Shown in pieces: positions 21,569-32,075 of a stretch of DNA of 64,000 bases (the stretch's first letter is position 1; every line of letters begins with the position of its first letter). Under the pieces are notes generated by a model that was not told the origin of the DNA, ran no database searches, and saw nothing but the letters and a program-made list of their open reading frames with translations. The stretch comes from Hamiltosporidium tvaerminnensis FI-OER-3-3 (Eukaryota > Fungi > Microsporidia). The stretch covers positions 248,001-312,000 of the forward strand of contig CM061256.1 in the NCBI GenBank assembly GCA_022605425.2, written 5' to 3'. A program made the translations under genes and the position numbers.

Positions 21569-23969
21569 CAGTGATTCTTAACTAGGGGTGCAGAAGAGGC
21601 CCCTGTCAAAAGCTTAACCTCATTTGGAAATTATAATTTTTGGTTTCTTGCAACAAAATAAATACTTGGTAGGACTAATAATAAATAAAAAAATTATGTG
21701 TATAGAATTGTTCCTCTCGGGCCTGAGCATCATTATCAACACTATGATGGTCGCGTTTATTGTTGCTCGTGTGTGTCAGCAAAATGAGCAGATCTTTTTC
21801 CAAAAACATAAGGGTTTCTACTTCTTTTCCTGCTATGAGTTTACTATTGCGCGTCTTTTGTAGTTAGTCGAAAACAATATTTGAGACGAATATCTGTGAT
21901 GCATTTATAATTCTGATTCTGAATATGTCTTACTAATTTATACATTCTTAATTGATAAGTAACTTAAGCGGAAAGAATATTATATTGATAGTATAAAGGT
22001 GAGTAATTTTCTTATTAATTGTAAATAAAAGTTTTTTAAATTTTTTTTATGTTTTTTTAGATAGTTTAATTTATTTAAAAATAAAGAATTTAATTTATCA
22101 TAGTGAACCCATCTATGTCAAAAAATACCAATGGGACGATAAGTATGCTGCTTATCGATTCACTTGTACAGCCAAAAAACATGTTACGCAGGATCTCAAT
22201 GTATTTTATATTCCAAGATATTTTCAAAGTGCAATCTAAAATCAATAAGTTAACAAAGCATTTTAACGAACTATACAGTGGTAAAGAGACGCCTAGCATG
22301 GACAGTTTTTGTCAAAAAAACTCGATTTGATCACAAGGTTACCATAATAACTATACAGACCAGCAATTCAAATCCTTTTTTAGAGGTGTCCTTTCAAGGG
22401 CAATATTTGTGCTTAATGAAAAAAAACTTTATAGGATCGCTGAGAAATCGATAAGACCTTGCTATATATAATTGCTAAAACATTTTTGTAATTCAAAGCA
22501 GATAATATAATTCGGAGTTTTGATATCGAATCTTATAATACGATCGTGAAGTAAAGATCTTACTAAAGATATTTTACTGCCTATACTAGATGACATAAAA
22601 GTAAGTTCACTAAAGATACGTATACAAATGGATGATGCCACCGAGATTGATAACTAAAACAGCTGCTATTATTTGTGAGATATGTAAAAGAAAAATAAAT
22701 GATTGTGAAATTTTTTTTTGTGAGCCAATGGTGTTTACATCGAAAGACTTAATGTTTTTCATCGAATAAAAGATTTATTTTGAAATATCATTAGCTGAAT
22801 TGTGATAGGATCAATATGCATTGAAAGATTCCAGCAATATATTGGGAAAATTATGTATTGTTTTCCCAAGTGAAAAAAGCATTACCGCTGGTGACAATAA
22901 CACGTTGCATGTTACATAACTATGTAAAATCGTTAAAACGCCGGAAACTTTAAAATATCAACCATTTACTGCAATAAACGTAGTAAAATATACTTGTAGA
23001 CGAGCTCCAATTTTTGAATTTTGTTTCCGGTGCAACAAATCGCCTCTGTCTTTACCTTACTTCTATATGACGCTAAAATACCATAGCTTTTCAAAGGACA
23101 CATGTTTAGCCAAGTTTTTTAATTCGGGGAAGAGTTTATTCTGTTATTGAATAGTTGAAACTGTGATTTTTTAAGACACTATTCTTGCATTAACCTACTT
23201 AGTACATATATACAGCCAATTAAAAGAATTGGACATATCAATTATGGATTTGGTACAAATATAATAATTAGTACTAGAAAACTAGAGATTTGGGAACTTC
23301 AAATTGAAATCAGAAATTTGTAATTTTTTTCTTGCTTGATTATATTGTTATGGGATAAAAGAAAACATACTTATAATCGAAATTGAACGCATTTAAAATT
23401 TTTGAGTCAATTATTCAATAGATATCTGTTTAAAATAAATACTGCTAAAACTCAAAATAAATACTGAATCTATGTCTTACAATTTAGATTCGATAGATGA
23501 TGTTGATGCAATAAAAGACGATCTTATTGAAACGCAAGACATGACATATAAAATGAAACTAGAACAATTATAATTAAAAAAATCCAATTTTAGACAGTTA
23601 GAACGTTATCCACGATAGCAAAACAAGAATTTTAGTCACTTCCATCATTTCTACTACCTAATTGTGTGAAATGAGGTTGTCTAACTTTTACGCATAAAAA
23701 CCAAAACGAAAAATTACTTAAATTCAAGTAATGCCCTACGCCAGTATCTTTCGGAAAAGATCTTAGCTTTATAGATATTACAAAAAACAAGTTACAATAA
23801 AATATCAACGAAAGAAAATCAAATTTTTACGTATTTGATATACACAAGTTAGAATTTTTTTTGATAGGCAACAAATTTGCTAGAAATCGAAACGATTTTG
23901 TCTTTCGGGGTGCGTTGACCAATCAGGTTACAAGGGATTACAGCACCCTTAAAATATTAAGAATCACTG
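21569..23969 (+). mobile_element. Decayed hAT DNA transposon, Buster/ZBED8-FAM200-like
   Basis: 13-bp TIR cagtgattcttaa/ttaagaatcactg and degenerate 8-bp TSD aaatagat/atatgaat. Remnant motifs: IQMDDAT, QLLLFVRY, FFCEP (~22625..22730), CMLH (~22910) and FSTT.LCE (~23650). The site is empty in the left arm (~5591..5598). Confidence 0.85.
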
Positions 23970-24677
23970 ATATGAATAAAACCTAATCAATTAGCCAATA
24001 AGCCTTGCTTCCTTAGTTGTTCATCCACAAGATTTAAACCAATCACGTGATGCATTCGTACACTCAAAGAGTGTAATATTTCTTATTGTATGCCAAAATA
24101 AATATATTTTATTCTGTATTCAGACTTTGAATTCTGTTTTTATTTTGTGTTTACTGACATTTTTGCATCCACCTTATAAGAACTTCTTGACACATTGATC
24201 CTTATTTGCCTTAAAGATTTGAAATTATATTAAGTTAGAAGTTTTGTTTAGAAAGAAAAAGCCTACTGAGTGATGTATTTTACCATCCCGTATGAGATTT
24301 AACTAAAAAATTGCTCATTTTTAAAGGTTTTTTGTAATAAATTAAGATTGTGATTTATATTCTTAAAAAAAAATGACTCTATAATGCTCTCGTTTTGTTA
24401 ACGCAAAGATTTATAATTATAAAAGATTTTTTTTGAATAAGTAATTGAAATATGTTAATAATTTTGTTTCTTGATTTATGATCTCTCTAAGATTATGATG
24501 CTTATTTTGTCAAAAAAATTTAATAATTTCAAAAGAAACATTTTAAGCATTATCTAATCTAATAAATTCAATGATTATTAAAAAAATTAATTTATTTTAT
24601 AATAAATTAAATTGCTTGGGATAAATAAAGAAATATATAAATTGGTAAATCTAAGATAAATTATTTGAGTGGATAAA

Positions 24678-25235
24678 TTATAAAAATTTTAATTCGATTT
24701 GGTGTCCAAATGTTTCAAAAATAGAAATAAAAAGATTTTTGTAAGCCATGAGTGCATTTTCTGGCGTATCAAAATCTATAAAAGCTATTTGCTTGACAGA
24801 AACGTATCTAACAGTGAGGTATCCTTTAGACTCCGAAAATATTTTTATAATATCATTTAACCCGATAGATTTGTCAAAATTACGAATTACAAGTGTTTTT
24901 GTGGGATTGATATCATTTTGAATCTGTTTTTTTAGCTTATTTGTAGAATCTGATTTTTTTCTTCCTGTTTCATGTAAAGCGTATTGAACTATAAGTCTTT
25001 TCCCCATAAAATACCTTCCATGTGTCATTTCCATACATTTCTCAACATGAATTGATTCTTCAATAGAAATAAAAGCTTGTCCACGCATTTTTAAACGGTT
25101 GCTTATCGAAATGTCTTTAATTTTAGTAAATCGAGAAAACATAATCAAAAGTCTTCTTTTTATTTCTTTTATATTCATATTTTGATTTATATTCGATATA
25201 TATAAAGTATTCTTCTGTTTTTCAATATTTTCCAT
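24678..25235 (-). CDS. U1A/U2B''(SNF)-family two-RRM spliceosomal protein, intact copy (185 aa)
   Basis: RRM1 has TLYISNIN and KMRGQAFI. RRM2 has PTKTLVIRN and VRYV..KQIAFIDFDT. Confidence 0.9.
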   Translation of the reverse strand: MENIEKQKNTLYISNINQNMNIKEIKRRLLIMFSRFTKIKDISISNRLKMRGQAFISIEESIHVEKCMEMTHGRYFMGKRLIVQYALHETGRKKSDSTNKLKKQIQNDINPTKTLVIRNFDKSIGLNDIIKIFSESKGYLTVRYVSVKQIAFIDFDTPENALMAYKNLFISIFETFGHQIELKFL

Positions 25236-26429
25236 TTAAATTTTATCGGATTTTTTTAAACAAATATTTGAGCAGTTGTATTAATAAAAATAAAATAGAA
25301 TTTTATATTTAAAATAACTATTTTTATATTTTAAAAAGAACGAGCCTTAATACTCTTCGGATGAGTATTCTTTATTCCTTCAAATAGTATAAAGTATTTT
25401 AATTTACGAATTAAATTTGAGAATAAAAAATATTTATATAGTTAGAATTATGTTTGGGTGTATAAAAGACTTATAAATAAGGTAATTAAGTAAAAAATTA
25501 TATCATTTAAATAAAATGAAAACTATAACAAACATTTGGTTTTTTTCTGTGGATTAAAAAAATCCATGTAAATGTGTTTATAAATTATATATTTTACAAG
25601 ATTATAATTTTAACTTATTAATTATTCCTGGCTTTTTTTATACCTGTTTCAAGCTCCTTAGATAAAACTTCGAAAGTCTTAGCTGTGAATTTCTTATCAT
25701 TCATTGTTTTATTCTTATTACACGTAAAATGGTTCAAAATTCGAAATATTTCAATGTTCACCGTTTTCTGCTAATATCTTAGTAATGCTTCTTATGATTT
25801 ATATTTCATAATTATAGTCTAATTTTTCTTTCAGGTTGTTGATCTTAAAATTGTTCACAATTTATAGTTTTTCTTGTAAGATCATAACTTAGAATTGTAG
25901 GGAATGTACTTTCTCATGGTTCTAGTGTAATTGATACACCAAAAAATCAAAATTGATTTACACACGGATTATAGATGTATATCGCCGTGTGGATGGTTTC
26001 TTTGTATAGATTCCTTCTCATTATAAAAGAACAATACAATATTACAACAATATTTAGTTGTTTTGGATCTTATTTGCATTTATCTTATTAAAAATAAACG
26101 AAGATAGTAATTATTATGACAAAAAACAAATATAAATTTTAAATCTCTTTATATACATTATTTCTGTTGCTAATAATATTACCACGTGAAATTTAAGCCG
26201 TTAAGGGCTATTTGCATTATGGCTGATAAATTAGTATAGATAATAAAGATTCTGACAAAAAAGACTTGAAGTTTGGAAATGCCCAAAAGCTTAAGAAAAT
26301 AACCAGTGTGAAATTTACAGATGCAAGAAACATCCATAAAATAATCCTTTTTAATCAGTTCGGTTTGGCTTATAATCTCGAAAAAAACCTAAAAATAAGT
26401 TTAGTAAATTAGAATGTTGTATAGAAAAA

Positions 26430-26656
26430 CTTAATTACTTAATAAATATTATATTCCTCTTATAACTTTACGTTCGAAGATAACCAATTGAAAATTTTCC
26501 ATCAGTTTCTTTAATCAGTTATAACTCTAGATTATGGGGGATTGGTCTATTGATCCATTTAGTGTATGTCTCAAAAAATGTTAACAATGATTTACCCACA
26601 AATTCTCACACTCAATGCCAAGCAGATAGTTTTTATGTTATTATCCTCCTCCACCT
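26430..26656 (-). mobile_element. SINE-like family B copy (arm duplicate of 2266..2490)
   Basis: Reverse-complement match to 2266..2490. Confidence 0.65.
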
Positions 26657-26805
26657 TAAAGAAACTTAAAAATAATCCAAATCCTCACATAAAACATATG
26701 ATATAAAACATAAAATATTACAATGAAATAGTTTTAAGACGCGTTCCTTAGGCAAGAAAATTATTTCAATGTTATAGTCGATTAATATCGCAAAAATCCA
26801 ATCAA

Positions 26806-27039
26806 TTCATCATCGGCAGTACAACCCTGTAAGACCCTTGGCCGCTCTCGGTAATACAGCCCACTGTCTTTTTTCCAGTAGGGTTGCTTACTTTTTCGGG
26901 TTCTGTAACAAGGTGTTTTTAGAGGGTAGGTTCTTAGCCCTACGCCCAATTCCAAACTTGAAGATCAGTCACTTTTAGTCGCCTCCTACGACAAGCAAAG
27001 AATACTCTAAGCCAATTCTGTTCCTAGCATTGTTAGGGA
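26806..27039 (-). mobile_element. SINE-like family A copy (arm duplicate of 1879..2116)
   Basis: Reverse-complement match to 1879..2116; it has acagtggg where the left copy has a G run. Confidence 0.7.
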
Positions 27040-28231
27040 AAATCTATTTAGATAAATGCATCAATATGAGATTCTGCATTATAATTTCAGTAGAATCGTT
27101 TAGAAGCTTATAGGTTTATGACTAGAATAAGGATCAGTAAAAACAACACTTAAAAGGCATCTAATGTTAAAATAATAAAAATTTACTTCTTTTGTTATAT
27201 TCTTTGTTAAAAGTACACCATTTTATAGATGTTTAATTAAAAAAATTTAGAAACTATTTAAAATCTATAACAAAAATAAAAATATATAACTAATTCTTAA
27301 TAAAAGAATATATTCTTTAAAAAATTAAAAATACGTATTTAAAAGTAAGAATTTCTTAATTACCTATTTTGATTGTTAAATAAGAAGCCAAATAAAGAAA
27401 AAAAAACTAAGATCTAAATCAAATCATAAAAATACATTTGTAAATGCTCAGAAAAACAAGTGAGTATTTTATAAAGTGTTCAGATTTATCTTTTATTGAA
27501 TAAGTATAAAATTTCATCAAGACTATGCTTAAGTATCAATTTTAGTTTGTAGAATCATAGAGGTTTGAAATAGTAATAAACAGATTTTACATAAAAAATA
27601 CCAAGATGTACATTTTAACTCATTTAATATGAAACCTTAGAAATTATTTAAATCTAAAATAACTAGCAACCTGAATACTTTTAGAGAATTCAATTCGCCA
27701 TTTAATCATGTTAAGCTCAAGGTATGTCTAGAGTTAATAAAAAAATTATTAAAAAGTCCAAATACTTGTGTAACAAGAGGAATTAAATTATGCTTAATTC
27801 TCGTAAATAACTATTTTATTTCCCTTTATACTGCTCAACTAAAAAATTGATTGATAGTGTAACATAAGACTTAATTAATTTTTCTTAGAGTTGTACATAA
27901 TTTTTTGTTTTTATAAACTTGATTTAAATCGATTTAAAACAATTACTATAAGAAAAATTATGTATCGATTATTAGCAAACTGTCTTTTTCGAACATAAAA
28001 TGAAACACCAGCGCTTAAACTATTATCCAATCAATCAGCTACAAAATAATTATTGTAACTACAGATATTCTTAAAAAATGTATTTTTGATTTTAGTTACA
28101 AGATTTTTAAGCAAATACTTATTATGAAGATAATTCTCAAATGCATCGCTAGCTAGCCTTTCCAAATGTGAATTAGGAATTAAATTCAATCTACAAATTA
28201 GAAAGAAAAAAGATTCAATAAACTAATTTAT

Positions 28232-29490
28232 TTACATACCTATTCGACAACAAAGCTCATTTAAAAACTCATAGCAAATATTTTCATACCTATCGATAAT
28301 TAATCCCTTTTTCCATATTATATTTTTTTTAACTTTATCTTTTACATCAGTTATGTTCAGATATCCATCAAAAATCATTTCAAACAATTCAAAATGATTA
28401 AAAAGAGAAGATTCGAAAATATATTTTGTAGAGTTTTCTTCACGATAAAATCGAAAATAACTTCGCATATAATGCCAACTAAAATAAATGGTAATCTCTC
28501 TATTATAATGAGTAGAATCAAAAGATCCTTCACAATGTGATTTATATTCTATTGAATAAACTTTTTTTGAAATTAGATTAATGAAATCCAGGTCTGTTGA
28601 TTTATTCAACTCTTGAATACAATTCGAATAAAATGCTTCTAATCGAAAATAATATACTTCTGTATTAATTTTTTGATTTTTATTTTCGGCTACCCTACTT
28701 TTGAATCTCCAATAAGCTTTTATCAAATAATTTTTTTAAGTATCGAAAATAGATCGATTTTTTCTTTTAAAACCGAATTGTAGTCATTTATGTTCTGAAA
28801 TTTTGGTAGTTTTCCGTTTAATTTCAATTTTGTTCCAGTTACTGCCTTGTCCCTGCGAACAGAAAATTCCATCTGTGGTTCTAATTTTTTCATAGGTAGC
28901 CCAACAATGTTTTTAAACTTGAAATCCGAATCAAATATCATAAATCTATAGTTACCAGAACTATATCTACGAGAAATACCACCAAAACTGAACAAGCATG
29001 TGTAAAATTTTCGAAATATTAAGGTAACATTAAATAATAGATTCGTCACATGGCTCAAAATTTTATTTGGAAAAACAAAATGTTTTTTATTATAAACAGA
29101 ATGATTGTCTTTTACCTCACAAATATAATTTATCTCAAAAGCCAAATTATTTTGTTTGAGTTTTTTAAGACCATAAAAATACAAAGCATCAGGAATTTTT
29201 TCTGCTCTTTGGGCTTTAGAATCGAAGTCTAAAAATATTTTAAAATTTCTAGAGGTTGATGAAATTATAAATTGACAAATGAGCTCATTAATTTCCAATG
29301 TTAGGCGGCACTCATCAAGTTTAATATCATAAAAGTCGGAGTCGGAAAAATTCTGTAATGTTCGTTCAGACATATTATATGTTTCCTTCAATTTCTTCTC
29401 CATATCCTTATCGAAGTTTTTTAAAGTGTATAAATGCGCTTTTACTAAAAACAAAAATAATGTAGAAACCAAATTTACAGACTTCCTCAT
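28232..29490 (-). CDS. ~419-aa putative secreted hypothetical protein; split by an A7-versus-A8 deletion at ~28735
   Basis: Signal-peptide-like N-terminus MRKSVNLVSTLFLFLVKA. The left-arm copy reads through the break (LKKNYLIKAYW). Confidence 0.8.
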
Positions 29491-29625
29491 AAAAAAATTA
29501 ATGGATAAAACGAAAATATAAATATATTTTGGAAATATATTGTCGGATAAAAATGTCTAAATTATGAAAAGAATATTCGGTCAAACTATTTTGATAATAA
29601 TGGGGCATAATATTTTATAATCAAT

Positions 29626-30328
29626 CTATGTAGAGTAAGGATAACCAGATAAAAACTTTCTACTTGGCAATGAGTGTGTGAAACTGGTGTGAGATCATTG
29701 TTTGGATTTTTGGTGGGAATACAACCACACTACATCTTCGGTTGTTCCATGAGAGTTGTTATGAAGAGGAAAATCTACTAAACAGCGAAACTTTTACTAA
29801 AGATCTATTTTATAGTTCCTTATGTAAGTAAATCGCAAACCGCGGCTGAACTTGAGATAATTTTTATGTAAAAACATAGAAACCTAGCCTTGGTCACTCG
29901 GATTAGAAGACTTAGTTGATGTTAAAATTAAAATAAATTCTGTTGAAGCTAAGAGAGCTTTGTAGTAGGTAATACTTACGGGTATGACATTGCGGTGTCT
30001 AAGTAGACTATATAGACCGCCGAGATATATCTTATCTAGAAGTTTATTGTGTTTAAATGTGTAGAAAAAGTAGGAATGCTGCATAGTCTCCGGAGCCCAG
30101 AAAGGATCGGCCTTCGATCACACTGCATGCAACGGAAATTAACGAACTCCGGGCAACTGCCTCGCCTATTAATTAGGTTCTACACACTTGGTATATGAAA
30201 GGCTTTGGGATGTAGTATTCGCAGGGGGTACTGATGGAGTGTTGGGGTAGCAGTTATTTATGTTAAACCAAGAACTGCGTTAATGTCATGAAAACAAATA
30301 TAACACTTGCCACTATTTTAAAAAGATG
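29626..30328 (+). mobile_element. ~700-bp non-coding dispersed repeat, family C (head H plus GC-richer body)
   Basis: Homologous over its full length to 36064..36774 on the opposite strand, with unrelated flanks. Confidence 0.75.
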
Positions 30329-30875
30329 GTAATCTTTTAAATAAATAGTATATCATGATTATATTTTAGAAAATTCAAGTAAAATAAGTAATATGAACAA
30401 ATATGTAGCCTACTTATGAAAAAAATTGCCAGAATCGTTTATTTTAGTTCAAAAAGACGATTCTTGTTGCTATTGCATATGTTTTTCACTTAAAATATTT
30501 CACCAAAACACATTCTATGTTTTAGGAGAAATAAGCCACTTATAGTTTAAGCGGAGATATAAACTAATGTGAGGAGGTCCAAAATAAAACTATAACGATT
30601 TCAGAACTCTAAGTGTAGATTAAGATGTGAATTAAAAAATTAACTCAATATTTAGATATAAAGTTAAATACGAAATATTGGTCAAATAAATTTCGAAAAG
30701 CGTAAAATAAATTAGAAAAATTTTCAAAGAAAAATAACTTTTTAAAATAAATTTTACTCAAAAAAATTTAAAGAAACATTCTTATATCCTCTGTTTTAAA
30801 TTAATTTAATTCGATTTTTTTTTCGTTTTGCAATTCGTTATATAAAAATAACCCCCGAGAATAACCAGTAAAAAA

Positions 30876-31465
30876 ATGTTTAAACCGGGTGATGTTGTTT
30901 GGTCAAAATACGATGAATATCCATACTGGCCATCTCGAATTGCATCTAAAGATGTGACAGATACATTACAGTCATATAATAATACTAACTTAGGTATCGG
31001 TGTATTATTTTTTGGACAGAATTTGACATATGCATTGGTAGAAGAAAAAAATATTTGTGAATTTTTTGAAAATTATAATTTTATTACAAAGGCAGTGATG
31101 AAGAAGACTTTAGATTTGCAATCGAACAGGCAAAAAGCAACCAAAATATCGAAGATCCGCCTCTTGAACTTCCCAAAAAGAAAAAACGCATACCAAAAAA
31201 TAACAAAGAAAATAATACCAACTCCCAATCAAATACCAATAAACTAAAAGAAACATTAAATAATATTTTGTTAAATTATCCTCAAAATACAGAAATGGCC
31301 GAGAATACTTTTCAAGAATTAGAATCACTATCTTCTGCACAGCTAAAGACACTCAATATTTATAATGAAGTATATCTTCTTAGTAATCTCACATTTAAAA
31401 CCGATCCACTTTCTCTAAAAGAAAGATCTAAAAATATTCTCGAAAGGTGGAACACCAATGATTAA
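30876..31465 (+). CDS. Compact PWWP-domain chromatin protein (~196 aa) with a probable TFIIS-N/IBD-like C-terminus; 1-nt deletion at ~31082
   Basis: FKPGDVVWSKYDEYPYWPSRI...VLFFG is a PWWP signature. Adding one T gives YYKGSDEEDFRFAIEQAK and joins ORF 31268..31465 (LKERSKNILERW). A CCCCC run lies upstream. Confidence 0.8.
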
Positions 31466-31722
31466 AAAGTATTTCTTTAATTTAATAAAAACCATTTTAA
31501 TAATTTCTTATCAAAAAAAAATTTAATTTTTTTAATTTATTTACCAATCTATAAAAGCTATACGCCTTACTACTTTATTATAAACTAACAAAATCTTGGC
31601 TATTAATACAGATGGTTAAAACCCCTATAATTTATAGAGTCTTCACCATACTTTTATTGAAAACTTTTATTATTCTCTTTAATTTCTATAGAAAATTTAA
31701 CGGTCTATTTTTAGTGTGATTG

Positions 31723-32075
31723 TTAACACCCCTTAATTACTACACATATAATTAACACCCTTTATATTACAATATATATTATAATTAACACCCTTTATAT
31801 TACAATATTATTATAATTAACACCCTTTAAATTACTACACCTATTATTAACACCCTTTATATTACTACACCTATATTAACACCCTTTATATTACTACATA
31901 TATTATTAACACCCTTACATTACAATACATATAATTAAAACCCTTTATATTACTACACATATCAGTAACAACCTTTACATTACTAGACATATAATTAAAA
32001 ACCCTTTATATTACTACCTATAGCATTAAAAACCCTTTATACTACTACCTATATAATTAACACCTATAATATACT
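31723..32075. repeat. Minisatellite, ~12 imperfect copies of a 29-33 bp unit (ttaacaccctttatattactacacatataa)
   Basis: Directly visible tandem array abutting the TAF5 stop codon. Confidence 0.92.

Larger units (their letters stand above)
14690..28914. repeat. Right arm of the large inverted duplication (with RLE and hAT insertions)
   Basis: Mirror gene order relative to 1..8640: LRR, RLE relic, U1A, SINE B, SINE A, secreted gene. Confidence 0.9.

Noticed and set aside
4338-29490. Reciprocal pseudogenisation between the two arms
   Set aside because: Both copies of the secreted gene carry a 1-nt deletion, and all lesions resemble consensus errors.
29970-30000. U1 snRNA (atacttac near cattgc)
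   Set aside because: No ACCUG, wrong spacing, and atacttac is absent from the second family C copy.
31723-32075. CRISPR-like array
   Set aside because: The units are contiguous degenerate tandem repeats with no unique spacers, there are no cas genes, and the context is eukaryotic.
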